16,612 nt of DNA from an uncultured bacterium (GTDB lineage Bacteria; Hydrothermota; UBA3073; NMUJ01). This document shows, in pieces, positions 1 through 8,445 of this stretch; position 1 is the first letter of the stretch, and each line of letters opens with the position of its first letter. The stretch lies in contig CBFDTI010000028.1 of NCBI GenBank assembly GCA_965612795.1, forward strand, positions 1 to 16,612. Direction: 5' to 3'. A program made the translations under genes and the position numbers. The notes below the pieces were generated by a model. The model did no database searches, was not told the origin of the DNA, and saw nothing but the letters and a program-made list of their open reading frames with translations.

Positions 1-2
1 TA

Positions 3-1343
3 TTTACCACCATAAAGCCATACGAATATGCGGTGATCAAAGGCTATCTGAAAAATGTTGATGTATCGAGGTTAACCTCAGCTAAGAAGCTACTCGTTAC
101 CAGACTTTCCATGTACTATGAGGGGCATTCACAACCCATGGTAAACCTAAAGCTTAATGCTATTTCGGACACAAGTCGCAGTTATTTCGTCTGGGGTGGC
201 ATAAATTACCTATCATACAACTTAGGTATGGATATAACCTTGATTGCTAAATTTGGTAAATCTAATGCATTTCCGGTGAAAACTTGGCATTACCCGCATG
301 GCGATACAGTCGTTGGTATAGACTTCTACCGTGCATATGTGAGTGGTAGGAACGGTAACTTACGAGTTACGGTGGGCAGGTTATCTGTTAACTGGGGGTA
401 TGGATTGTTGGTATCAGGTAGCACAATACCTTACGACCTGATATTCTTACGCTACGTACGTGGTGCATGTAACTTTGTATATTTATTTGCACCACTCGAC
501 CAGTACGTCTCAACCGATAGCTTAACTCCATTACTTAACCGATACTTTTGTGCACATAGGTTGGATATAGCGCTACTAGAGCATAAGCTGATACTATCGC
601 TGGGTGAGGGTATACTATTTGCGCGTCAGGATGCACTGTCTGCATTGTATTACCTGAACCCCGTCGCAATATATCGGTTGGCTGAATATAACACACACTA
701 TGCGAGGAAGGCAAGTGGCGCATATTGGTTTAATGACGACCTTTATTGGGAGGTTGGTGTCACATTGTATCTGAAGAATACAAAACTATACTTTGAGTGG
801 TTACTCGATGATGTAGGGTTTGTGACCGATCCGTACCATCCATTTATCGACGATGTCATAAATTCGGGTCCGTTTGCATATATCTTAGGTGTAAAGCGTG
901 CGGATATATTAGTTGATCGCACATTATGGTGGTTGGAATACCTTCACGTAAACGCTTATTGTTATTGGCACAAGCTGCCGCAAAATTATTTTGTATGTAT
1001 GGGGTACCCGTTAGCTCATAGGTTAGGGTCAGATTTCGACATCACTTCGCTTAGGATAGTGTACCATCACAGTGTGGGTTTAGATATTAGGCTATCCATT
1101 AGCTTCGTAAGGAAAGGTAAAACCCATTTAGCTATAAGCGAAGCACGACCGCCAAGAAATTGCTTCCTTTGGGGTATACCACAAAAAATGCTTAAGTTAC
1201 ATATTGGGGGTGAGATTTTTGGCACATCATGGTTTGTTGGTGGCATAGATCTGAGATACTCAAAAATATGGAATTACGGCAATAAGCTGGGTAGATCTAG
1301 ATCGTTGTGGGAGATTAACCTTCATAGCAAGTTGTGGATTTGA
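3..1343 (+). CDS. Capsule assembly Wzi-like outer-membrane beta-barrel protein (5' partial)
   Basis: Frame is open from position 3 (FTTIKPYEYAVIKG...), so the true start is probably upstream of the window. Wzi-like segments GRLSVNWGYGLLVS..PYD, RYFCAHRLDI, YLNPVAIY..AEYN, LYFEWLLDD; alternating beta-strand pattern; aromatic near the C-terminus (LWI). Confidence 0.65.
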   Translation, partial: FTTIKPYEYAVIKGYLKNVDVSRLTSAKKLLVTRLSMYYEGHSQPMVNLKLNAISDTSRSYFVWGGINYLSYNLGMDITLIAKFGKSNAFPVKTWHYPHGDTVVGIDFYRAYVSGRNGNLRVTVGRLSVNWGYGLLVSGSTIPYDLIFLRYVRGACNFVYLFAPLDQYVSTDSLTPLLNRYFCAHRLDIALLEHKLILSLGEGILFARQDALSALYYLNPVAIYRLAEYNTHYARKASGAYWFNDDLYWEVGVTLYLKNTKLYFEWLLDDVGFVTDPYHPFIDDVINSGPFAYILGVKRADILVDRTLWWLEYLHVNAYCYWHKLPQNYFVCMGYPLAHRLGSDFDITSLRIVYHHSVGLDIRLSISFVRKGKTHLAISEARPPRNCFLWGIPQKMLKLHIGGEIFGTSWFVGGIDLRYSKIWNYGNKLGRSRSLWEINLHSKLWI

Positions 1344-1369
1344 TGTTTAAGATTTTCATCTTATGAAGT

Positions 1370-2860
1370 TCAACTTCCATGCAGTTTATCGAATATCTTG
1401 CGTAATGTGGTGATACTATCCGCCTCATACGGTGGCTTATCTTCCCTTATGGATTTGATTCGCGCAAACCTCAACGCATAACCTGAGTCATAGTGGGGGC
1501 TCACCTGTATATCGTCGAACTCTACCTCAACAACAAGTTCGGGTCGCACATAGACAATGCCGGGGGATTCACCTTGTTTAAGAGATAGCAGCTTTTTTGT
1601 TAAATACGTGAACTCCTTGTCAGTAGGTCCTTTAAATGTTTTACCTACATGTAATAAACTCTTATAACTTTCATCCCATACTGCAAGATGATAGTTGGAC
1701 AGCCAATTGCTGCGCCGACCATGCCCCCATTCTGCCGCTACAATGACTGCATCGATCGTATAGTGGCGTTTGACTTTAATCCAATAGTCGCGACGTTCAC
1801 CCAAGTGATACGGTGCATCGAGCTGTTTCACCATGACCCCTTCGTAACCGTCGGCTATCGCTTTGTGAAAGAATTTACGTGCCTCTTCAATAGATGCAGT
1901 CACTATGCGGGGCGGTCGTGTTAAAGGTAACCCCTTCAGTATTGCATACCTCTCCTCATATGGGATATCGATAACCGGTTTATCACAATAGAGTATATCA
2001 AAAAAGTAGGCTTGTACATTTACATGGGTGCGCTCACCAAACCTACGCATAAGTTGTTGAAACATTATAGGTTTGCCAGATTTATCTATCCCTATAACTT
2101 CACCATCCAGTATGAGGTCGTGTGGCAACTTCTGTAACAGTGTCGTTATGTCCGCAAACTTATCGGTTATATCCTTCAATCTACGGCTGTATATACGTAT
2201 GGTGTTACCCTTCTTATGTGCTTGTATTCTCACACCATCTAATTTACATTCGAGTGCCAACCGTGTATTGTATACCTTGTAGACTTCATCAATCGATGGA
2301 AGCATCTCAGCCAACGCCAACCGCACAGGTTGTAGGGGTTCCACCACTATCTTCTTACCTTGTATAAGGTTAGCCACAAGCGTAGGTAAGTTAGGTTGTG
2401 TTGCCAGTCGTCTTTTTATAGTATCCTTTGGCAGGTTAAGTGCTGTCGCCAATGCATCGACTAACATACCTTCACTTACACCGCAACGTAATTCACCACT
2501 TATCGTAGCCAGAAGGAAATTGAGCTCCTCCTCAGTGAGATGTGCGAATAGCTGTTGTAGAAGCAATTCCTTAGCTTTCCTTCCAGAGGCATCGGCTACC
2601 TTCTTTAATAATCGATACACCTCTACTATTTCGAGCGATGGCTCAAACAACGGCAGTGTCGGTACCGCCATAGCTAACTTATATACGGAAAACCGCAGAT
2701 TGAGCTTAAGATCGGGCAACCCCGCCAGCAGTGAGATTAATGCTGGTAACTCATCCTCCGTTGTATTACGTATAAAATCCGCTAATAGGTTGAGCTTGGC
2801 ACCTCTCGCAGAAGTCTGGCGTAACGCCTGCCATAATTTAACGACTTCGGTAAGTTTCAT
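1370..2860 (-). CDS. lig: ATP-dependent DNA ligase (archaeal/LigB-type: DNA-binding, adenylation and OB domains)
   Basis: Motif I ECKLDGVRIQAH, III LILDGEV, IIIa YFFDILY, IV EGVMVK, V WIKVK, VI ALRFARI..IREDK; WGHGRRSNWLSNYHLAV typical of this clade. GAGGTG RBS at 2870-2865 favours ATG 2860; overlaps the mtaB 3' end. Confidence 0.93.
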   Translation of the reverse strand: MKLTEVVKLWQALRQTSARGAKLNLLADFIRNTTEDELPALISLLAGLPDLKLNLRFSVYKLAMAVPTLPLFEPSLEIVEVYRLLKKVADASGRKAKELLLQQLFAHLTEEELNFLLATISGELRCGVSEGMLVDALATALNLPKDTIKRRLATQPNLPTLVANLIQGKKIVVEPLQPVRLALAEMLPSIDEVYKVYNTRLALECKLDGVRIQAHKKGNTIRIYSRRLKDITDKFADITTLLQKLPHDLILDGEVIGIDKSGKPIMFQQLMRRFGERTHVNVQAYFFDILYCDKPVIDIPYEERYAILKGLPLTRPPRIVTASIEEARKFFHKAIADGYEGVMVKQLDAPYHLGERRDYWIKVKRHYTIDAVIVAAEWGHGRRSNWLSNYHLAVWDESYKSLLHVGKTFKGPTDKEFTYLTKKLLSLKQGESPGIVYVRPELVVEVEFDDIQVSPHYDSGYALRFARIKSIREDKPPYEADSITTLRKIFDKLHGS

Positions 2861-4076
2861 CAATCACCTCACCAATGGTATAATTGGGATGTACATAACA
2901 TACACGTACATTGCGATGGTCACCTGCAACCACAGATGTGCTGGAGATCAACATCTTAATGTAGTTATACGAAGTAGCTGTTAGATAGCCATCTCGTGGC
3001 CGTTCTATATGTACGGGTAGGACTTTTCCTTCGAACTGCTTACGAAATGTATAGAACTTGCGTGCGCTCAACATATGAAGTATATCGGAACGACGTTTAA
3101 CCTCATATGGTGGAACCTTGTTTGGTAGTCCGTTAGCCTTGATAAACGGACGTGGTGAGAACCTAAACACATGTAGATAGTTGAGGGGGCTACGTTCGAT
3201 AAACCTATAAGTGGTGATAAATGACGTACGGTCTTCACCTGGAAACCCCACTATCACATCGGCACCTAAACATATATCGGGTATGTTTTTACGTAGAACC
3301 TGTAGAATAGCTTCATATTCCTCGATCGTATAGGGGCGGTTCATCAGCTGCAGGATACGATTGTCCCCACTCTGCAGCGGTATATGTAGGTGATGGTTGA
3401 ACTTAGACGATGCTCTCAGCAAATTGACAAACTCATCCGTTATACCACAAAGCTCGATGGAACCCAACCCTACACGTACGAGTTCTGGTAGCTGTATGAT
3501 TTTATTCAATAGATCCACCAACGTAAATCCGTCATATTTGTACTTCGCTATGTTTGTACCAGTAAGAATAATTTCACGGTAGCCGGTTCGTATGAGCTGC
3601 TGTATCTCTTTCATGATTTCATCAATAGGTCGTGACTTTGGTGCCCCCCGTAAGTATGGTACAATACAGTAGCTGCAGAATTGATCGCAACCTTCTTGTA
3701 TCTTCACAAATGCACGTGTATAACCATAGAAGTGCGAGATATACGGTACATGTGAAAGGTTCAATTCACGTTCGATATCCGTGATGTATGGTAAGATGTA
3801 ATCGATGCCATCAGTTTTTACCACTGAGGATTCGTATCGTGCTGCACAGCCGGTAAGTATTAATTTGATGTGAGGATTGAGACGTTTCAACCTTCTCACC
3901 CAGTTACGTACCTGGCGTTCAGTAGCTGTAGTGACTGCACAGCTGTTTATAACCCATATGTCAGCAGTCGCTGGATTATCCACCAGCTCATAACCTGTAC
4001 GTACGAACTCCTCCGCAATACGTTGGCTATCGTACTTATTGAGTCGACACCCAAACGTAGTGATACCGAATCGCAT
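2838..4076 (-). CDS. mtaB: tRNA t6A37 methylthiotransferase MtaB (MiaB-like radical SAM)
   Basis: UPF0004 N-terminus TFGCRLNKYDS..INSCAVT..LTGC; radical SAM TRAFVKIQEGCDQFCSYCIVPYLRG; HLHIPLQSGD, DVIVGFPGE, YLHVFRFSPRP. Confidence 0.88.
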   Translation of the reverse strand: MRFGITTFGCRLNKYDSQRIAEEFVRTGYELVDNPATADIWVINSCAVTTATERQVRNWVRRLKRLNPHIKLILTGCAARYESSVVKTDGIDYILPYITDIERELNLSHVPYISHFYGYTRAFVKIQEGCDQFCSYCIVPYLRGAPKSRPIDEIMKEIQQLIRTGYREIILTGTNIAKYKYDGFTLVDLLNKIIQLPELVRVGLGSIELCGITDEFVNLLRASSKFNHHLHIPLQSGDNRILQLMNRPYTIEEYEAILQVLRKNIPDICLGADVIVGFPGEDRTSFITTYRFIERSPLNYLHVFRFSPRPFIKANGLPNKVPPYEVKRRSDILHMLSARKFYTFRKQFEGKVLPVHIERPRDGYLTATSYNYIKMLISSTSVVAGDHRNVRVCYVHPNYTIGEVIDETYRSR

Positions 4077-4087
4077 GTTGATATTAG

Positions 4088-4954
4088 TTAACCCCGCGGA
4101 TGCGTTATTTCGTGTATCTTCTTCAGCTCTTTCAACGTCAAATGCGTATATATCTGTGTACTTGCTATGGAACGGTGTCCCAACAGCAGCTGTACCGTAC
4201 GTAGGTCACAGCCGCGGTTCAGTAGATGGGTTGCATACGTATGACGTAATGTGTGTGGACTTATACCTGTTTTGTGTGATACCTTCATCAGATGCTTTTT
4301 AACTATACGTTGCAATGTACGTGTGGTGATAGGTGTACCCTTACGTGAGAGGAACAGGCCAAGTTCGTCCATCTTGATCTTATCACCCGTTTGTACGTAT
4401 TCACGTAACCACCTAAGTGCAGTACGAGTTAGCGGTATCTCACGTTGCTTACCACCCTTGCCATGTACGCGGATGATTTCGCGCTCCCAATCGATATCGT
4501 GCAGCTTTAAGTTACAGAGTTCACTTGCTCGTATACCAGTACCGTAGAGGAGCTCCAGGATTGTACGATCCCTCAGCGATAGATCTGTCAACTCGAACAG
4601 CCTTTCCATTTCAGCTTCTGTCAAGAATGTGGGTAATTTACGTGGTAGCTTAAACGATCGTACTGCGGTTGCGGGTTGTATATCGACAATACCGTGGCGG
4701 TTCAAATACCTGTAAAAGCTACGTATGGCGGATAGCTTGCGGTTGATGGATCGCTTCTCGTAACCATGGCGTACGAGTGAGGCCACAAAGTTACGAATAT
4801 GATCCACGTTCACCCGGGATGGATGTTCAACCCCATAGTTCGTCTTGAGGAATTCACTAAACTCCAACAGATCCACTTTATAGCTACGTATGGTATGTGG
4901 TGACATGTTCCTGTTTTGCATGTATTTAAGGAAATCGTTGATTAAAAGGTTCAT
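4088..4954 (-). CDS. xerC: Tyrosine recombinase XerC
   Basis: SPHTIRSYKVDL, RKLSAIRSFYRYL, ELLYGTGIRASEL, GKGGKQR, SPHTLRHTYATHLL, LLGHRSIASTQIYTH (R-K-H-R-H-Y catalytic set intact); 288 aa; AAGGAGG RBS. XerC versus XerD rests on motif style only. Confidence 0.85.
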   Translation of the reverse strand: MNLLINDFLKYMQNRNMSPHTIRSYKVDLLEFSEFLKTNYGVEHPSRVNVDHIRNFVASLVRHGYEKRSINRKLSAIRSFYRYLNRHGIVDIQPATAVRSFKLPRKLPTFLTEAEMERLFELTDLSLRDRTILELLYGTGIRASELCNLKLHDIDWEREIIRVHGKGGKQREIPLTRTALRWLREYVQTGDKIKMDELGLFLSRKGTPITTRTLQRIVKKHLMKVSHKTGISPHTLRHTYATHLLNRGCDLRTVQLLLGHRSIASTQIYTHLTLKELKKIHEITHPRG

Positions 4955-5086
4955 CCCTCCTTAAACCACCTTTATGTATAAAGTATATCACAACAGGGAT
5001 TGAAAAGGGCCAAACTGCTAGACTGAACATCCTAGTTCAACATATTGTACGCTCATGTTATGTACCGTGTGCCAGATATTAACCAT

Positions 5087-5415
5087 TTAATTTTCAAGGA
5101 TTATGAGAGGTTTGATCGCCCCATCTTCTTTGGTTTCCATCAGACGAAACGCCCTGTCAACTTCGTCAAAACCTGAATTCATGCGCAGTCAGCGCGACCT
5201 GTTTCAACCCACCGGAGTAACCTGTAAACAGCCGCTTCGTCAGGAACTGAATCCGGAATTAGCGCTAAGTTTGCCTCAGCATTGTTCACATGAAATATTC
5301 GGCAAAGATACCATCTTGTGTTAGCAAACTTCCAACCAAGCATCCGCTGACAATGCGGTGGGTACCCACGAAGAGAGGTCCCGCATTTATGGTAGTGGGT
5401 GATGGCATTCACTGC
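5087..5415 (-). pseudogene. Degraded zinc-dependent (MDR superfamily, NADP-ADH-like) alcohol dehydrogenase remnant
   Basis: Manual translation across frames: AVNAITHYHKCGTSLRGYPPHCQRMLGWKFAN / QDGIFAEYF / HVNNAEANLALIPDSVPDEAAVY, joined at 5224/5223 directly to C-terminal-like RLLRWVETGR / GFDEVDRAFRLMETKEDGAIKPLIILEN* (stop 5087-5089). Resembles GWKFxNxKDGxFAEYFHVNxAxANLA of NADP-dependent secondary ADHs. N-terminus and Rossmann domain missing; several frameshifts. Confidence 0.85.
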
Positions 5416-6895
5416 ATAGGTAATTTTCAAAAACCTTTCGAAAATGGAACCCATAAATTGTAAAAGTGATTGCTAGCGGGAAAAGCCGTGGATGCCTGAA
5501 TAACGACCAGAAAAAGAGCCTCCAGTAATAACCTCTTGCTTTATCTTTTACACCCAAAACCCATATGGATTTAAAAAGTGCTCCAAGATATGCAAAATGG
5601 AAATGGACTGCTCCTTTTGGTAATGGTTTATATTCCCTTAAGAATTTCGTAACACGTTCGTAGTAAGGTTTGGGAGAGTAAATTCCGCTGATAATTCTCT
5701 TGTAACCGCTGATGAGTGTTTCACGTTTTATTTTAGGGATAAAATTAATTGAAAGGTCCGTGTTATCGCCCGAAATATCCTTCAATAATCTACCTTCTTT
5801 TACAAGACGCTTATGAAGTCGGGTGCCACGAGGGGCATTTAGTAATCCAACCATTGCTGTAACGATCCCACTTTCTTGAATGAACTCAATCTGTCTTTCG
5901 AAGATCGAAGGAGGGTCACTATCGAACCCCACAATAAACCCACCAGTAACTTGTAAACCGAACTTCTGGATTTTTTTGACACAGGCTACTAAGTCACGAT
6001 TCTTGTTTTGAACCTTATTGCATTCCGCTAAACTTTCTTCGTTCGGCGTCTCAATGCCAACAAATACGGAACCGAATCCTGCCTTAACCATCAGCTGCAT
6101 GAGCTCCTCATCATCGGAAAGATCTATAGATGCTTCTGTGTTAAAAGAGAAGGGATAGTTCTTTTCTTCCATCCATTCGATTATAGCAGGTAGAATTTCT
6201 GTCTTCAACTTTCTCTTATTACCTATGAAATTATCATCGACAAAGAATACACCGCCTCTCCAGCCATGAGAATATAGGCTTTCCAATTCGGCTAATATTT
6301 GTTCTCTATTTTTTGTCCGAACTTTGCGCCCATAAAGGAATGAGATATCGCAGAAGTCACAATTAAAAGGGCAACCCCGTGAGTATTGGATACTCATAGT
6401 TGAATATTCTCTCATATCAATGAGCTCCCAGAGTGGTACGGGCGTCTTTTCTATGTCCGGTAATTCTTTAGAAGTGTAAATGTGCTTAGTGGATCCGGTT
6501 TTTAGGTCCCCCAAAAATGGTGGAAGCGTAACTTCAGCCTCGTTAAGTAGAAGATGGTCTACATCCTTAAACTCTTCGTATTCACTTGTAAAAAGTGGAC
6601 CACCGGCAACAATTTTGATACCCCTTCTTTTACACCTCCTGATGACTTCGTTTGCGGATGCTTTCTGGATAGACATGGCACTGAGGAAAACGAAGTTGAC
6701 TCCTTCAATGTCCTCATCCTTTAGCGTGGTTACATTCATATCCACAAGTTTCTTCTCCCAGTCAGTTGGGAGCATTGCTGCTACGGTTAATAAGCCCAAC
6801 GGTGGGTGAGTCGCCTTTTTAGAGATAAATTTCAAGGCATACCTAAAGCTCCAGAAAGTGTCGGGGTACCTCGGATAAACTAAAACGACTTTCAT
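5387..6895 (-). CDS. B12-binding domain radical SAM protein (DUF4070-type C-terminus)
   Basis: N-terminal YPRYPDTFWSF..PPLGLLTVAAMLP, VAGGP cobalamin-binding region; SRGCPFNCDFC CxxxCxxC; FFVDDNFIGN, VFVGIETP, GGFIVGFDSD; AAGGAG RBS. Confidence 0.9.
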   Translation of the reverse strand: MKVVLVYPRYPDTFWSFRYALKFISKKATHPPLGLLTVAAMLPTDWEKKLVDMNVTTLKDEDIEGVNFVFLSAMSIQKASANEVIRRCKRRGIKIVAGGPLFTSEYEEFKDVDHLLLNEAEVTLPPFLGDLKTGSTKHIYTSKELPDIEKTPVPLWELIDMREYSTMSIQYSRGCPFNCDFCDISFLYGRKVRTKNREQILAELESLYSHGWRGGVFFVDDNFIGNKRKLKTEILPAIIEWMEEKNYPFSFNTEASIDLSDDEELMQLMVKAGFGSVFVGIETPNEESLAECNKVQNKNRDLVACVKKIQKFGLQVTGGFIVGFDSDPPSIFERQIEFIQESGIVTAMVGLLNAPRGTRLHKRLVKEGRLLKDISGDNTDLSINFIPKIKRETLISGYKRIISGIYSPKPYYERVTKFLREYKPLPKGAVHFHFAYLGALFKSIWVLGVKDKARGYYWRLFFWSLFRHPRLFPLAITFTIYGFHFRKVFENYLCSECHHPLP

Positions 6896-6918
6896 ATAAA
6901 CTCCTTATTCCTACCCTC

Positions 6919-6953
6919 GTAAAAGATTATGATTATAACGGATAATCTTTTAC
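6919..6953. repeat. Perfect 12-bp inverted repeat with 11-bp spacer (candidate operator or hairpin)
   Basis: GTAAAAGATTAT (6919-6930) and ATAATCTTTTAC (6942-6953); the spacer reads TATAAT on the minus strand upstream of the radical SAM gene. Confidence 0.7.
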
Positions 6954-6975
6954 CATAAAGGATATCACTACACCA

Positions 6976-7048
6976 CTCCCCGGGGGAGACTCGAACTCCC
7001 AACCGTCGGGTTAACAGCCCGCCGCTCTACCGATTGAGCTACCGGGGA
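6976..7048 (-). tRNA. tRNA-Asn (GTT), CCA not encoded
   Basis: Minus strand TCCCCGG TA GCTC AATCGGTA GAGC G GCGGG CT GTT AA CCCGA CGGTT GGGAG TTCGAGT CTCCC CCGGGGA G: full cloverleaf, discriminator G, followed by TGG rather than CCA. Confidence 0.97.
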
Positions 7049-7059
7049 TTATCAAATTA

Positions 7060-7086
7060 AATATAGCCTGAATCCAGTGAAGTCAA
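7060..7086 (-). promoter_or_regulatory. Putative promoter of tRNA-Asn
   Basis: TTGACT (7086-7081), 15-bp spacer, TATATT (7065-7060), 11 nt before the tRNA 5' end. Confidence 0.6.
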
Positions 7087-7107
7087 CCCATCCTCATACA
7101 GAGTATT

Positions 7108-7344
7108 CTATGTGGAAAGTAATTGCTTAATCTCGTCAACCTCTGGCACTCTACCCGCTATTTTAACTTCACCATCTATCACCACCGCTGGAGTATGTGT
7201 GATCCCCCGCTTTAACATCTCCAGCTGGTCGTATACATGTGTTACTTCAGCCTCAATCCCCAACTCCTGTACCGCCTTACGTACGTTCTGCTCCGTTCTC
7301 TTGCACTTGGGGCATCCTGTGCCAAAGATCTCTATTTTCTTCAT
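7108..7344 (-). CDS. Small redox-active disulfide protein (Thioredoxin_3 / MTH895-like)
   Basis: MKKIEIFGTGCPKC (CxxC), TPAVVIDGEVKIAGRVP; 78 aa; AGGAGGT RBS; usual partner of DUF318 permeases. Confidence 0.9.
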   Translation of the reverse strand: MKKIEIFGTGCPKCKRTEQNVRKAVQELGIEAEVTHVYDQLEMLKRGITHTPAVVIDGEVKIAGRVPEVDEIKQLLST

Positions 7345-7356
7345 ATTACCTCCTTT

Positions 7357-8394
7357 TTATAAGATTTTAATCGTCCCCATATAAACAAGCCCTGCTACTA
7401 TACCAACTATAATGGCGAGGACTGCATAGTTTAATACACATCGCCAGCTAATTATACGGGAAACCCCCATCATAGAGGGTATGGATGCCATCGGTGCACC
7501 TATCAAGAACGCCAATGCAGCACCAGGTGACATACCCAAATTTATAAGTGCTTTAACCAAGAATACTTCAACCAACGTAGGTGTATACATAGGTACACCT
7601 ATAGCCGCACCTAATATTACTCCACGTACACCGGTAAGATAAGTTGCCACCACCTCCTTAGGTAAATATGCCTCAACGTAACTGACGGCTGCAACCCCCA
7701 ACAAGAGGTAAGGTAACGCCTTACTGGCTAAGCCCCAGGCTTCTTTGAGTGCATCTGCCGATTTCTTATGAAAATCCACGTGCATAAGCTCTACTTCCTT
7801 TGCTGCAGTAATCTTACTATACTTATGGGTTTCACGTTTACCCCAGGGTGTCTTATCCAATATATAACCTATAAAGATGGCACCCAAGAACGAAAACCCA
7901 AATCTTGCAGCTGCAAGCTTCCACGATATTATCTCCGCTGTGAATATGAGTGCAAGAATGTTAGCTGCAGGTGCCATCAACAGAAAACTAACCGCTGGCC
8001 CAATACCAGCACCTGCTATCAATATACCTCCGAAGATCGGTATCATCGCACACGAACATACTGTCAATATCGGTGCAAACGCAGCCGCCAAAATGTACGA
8101 CTTTAACTTTCTACCTGAAAGCAGTCTACGCATCCTATGTGCTGGCACAAATGCAGCTATTATACCGCCCAACATAAACGCAAAGATAAATGCACCCCAT
8201 GCCCTTGATATGTAACTACCAAGATAAACTATAGGTATAAGTGCTGGATGGTACGAGTTAAGTGCATGATATTTAAAAACAGGTATCAATGGATGATGTG
8301 CTACCCGTGGATAAATAAGCATCAACAACCCAAACCCTAATAACCCCCATGCTAGGATGGTTTTTGCGATGGGTTTAGAATCTTTTATATCCAT
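7357..8394 (-). CDS. DUF318 / ArsP-family permease
   Basis: Multiple hydrophobic helices; PILTVCSCAMIP, FLLMAPAAN, GVPMY..., GAALAFLIGAPMASIP signatures; GGAGG RBS at 8403-8399 favours ATG 8394 over GTG 8397. Confidence 0.88.
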   Translation of the reverse strand: MDIKDSKPIAKTILAWGLLGFGLLMLIYPRVAHHPLIPVFKYHALNSYHPALIPIVYLGSYISRAWGAFIFAFMLGGIIAAFVPAHRMRRLLSGRKLKSYILAAAFAPILTVCSCAMIPIFGGILIAGAGIGPAVSFLLMAPAANILALIFTAEIISWKLAAARFGFSFLGAIFIGYILDKTPWGKRETHKYSKITAAKEVELMHVDFHKKSADALKEAWGLASKALPYLLLGVAAVSYVEAYLPKEVVATYLTGVRGVILGAAIGVPMYTPTLVEVFLVKALINLGMSPGAALAFLIGAPMASIPSMMGVSRIISWRCVLNYAVLAIIVGIVAGLVYMGTIKIL

Positions 8395-8445
8395 CACACC
8401 TCCAAGCTATTAGCCTGTAATTATGGGACTATCTGGGATTATCTA

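Noticed and set aside
4088..4954. xerC as the integrase of a tRNA-Asn island
   Set aside because: It has chromosomal Xer length and motifs, host-like codon usage and tight linkage to mtaB; no att duplication was found.
5018..5065. dif-like site or LexA box upstream of xerC (TGAAC-N6-GTTCA; ATATGTTGAAC on the minus strand)
   Set aside because: Only a partial XerD-arm resemblance with no XerC arm at the right spacing; the GAAC/GTTC spacing is 6, not the 4 of the Firmicutes SOS box.
5402..5416. CxxCH heme c motif at the radical SAM C-terminus
   Set aside because: The protein has no export signal, and the motif is an alternative frame of the ADH pseudogene.
5103..5454. Track ORFs 5103-5324 (+) and 5179-5454 (-) as real genes
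   Set aside because: Both are explained by the ADH pseudogene (antisense and partial frame).
7108..8394. Selenoprotein (SAO-type) system
   Set aside because: No in-frame TGA; the CxxC and CSC motifs use ordinary Cys codons.
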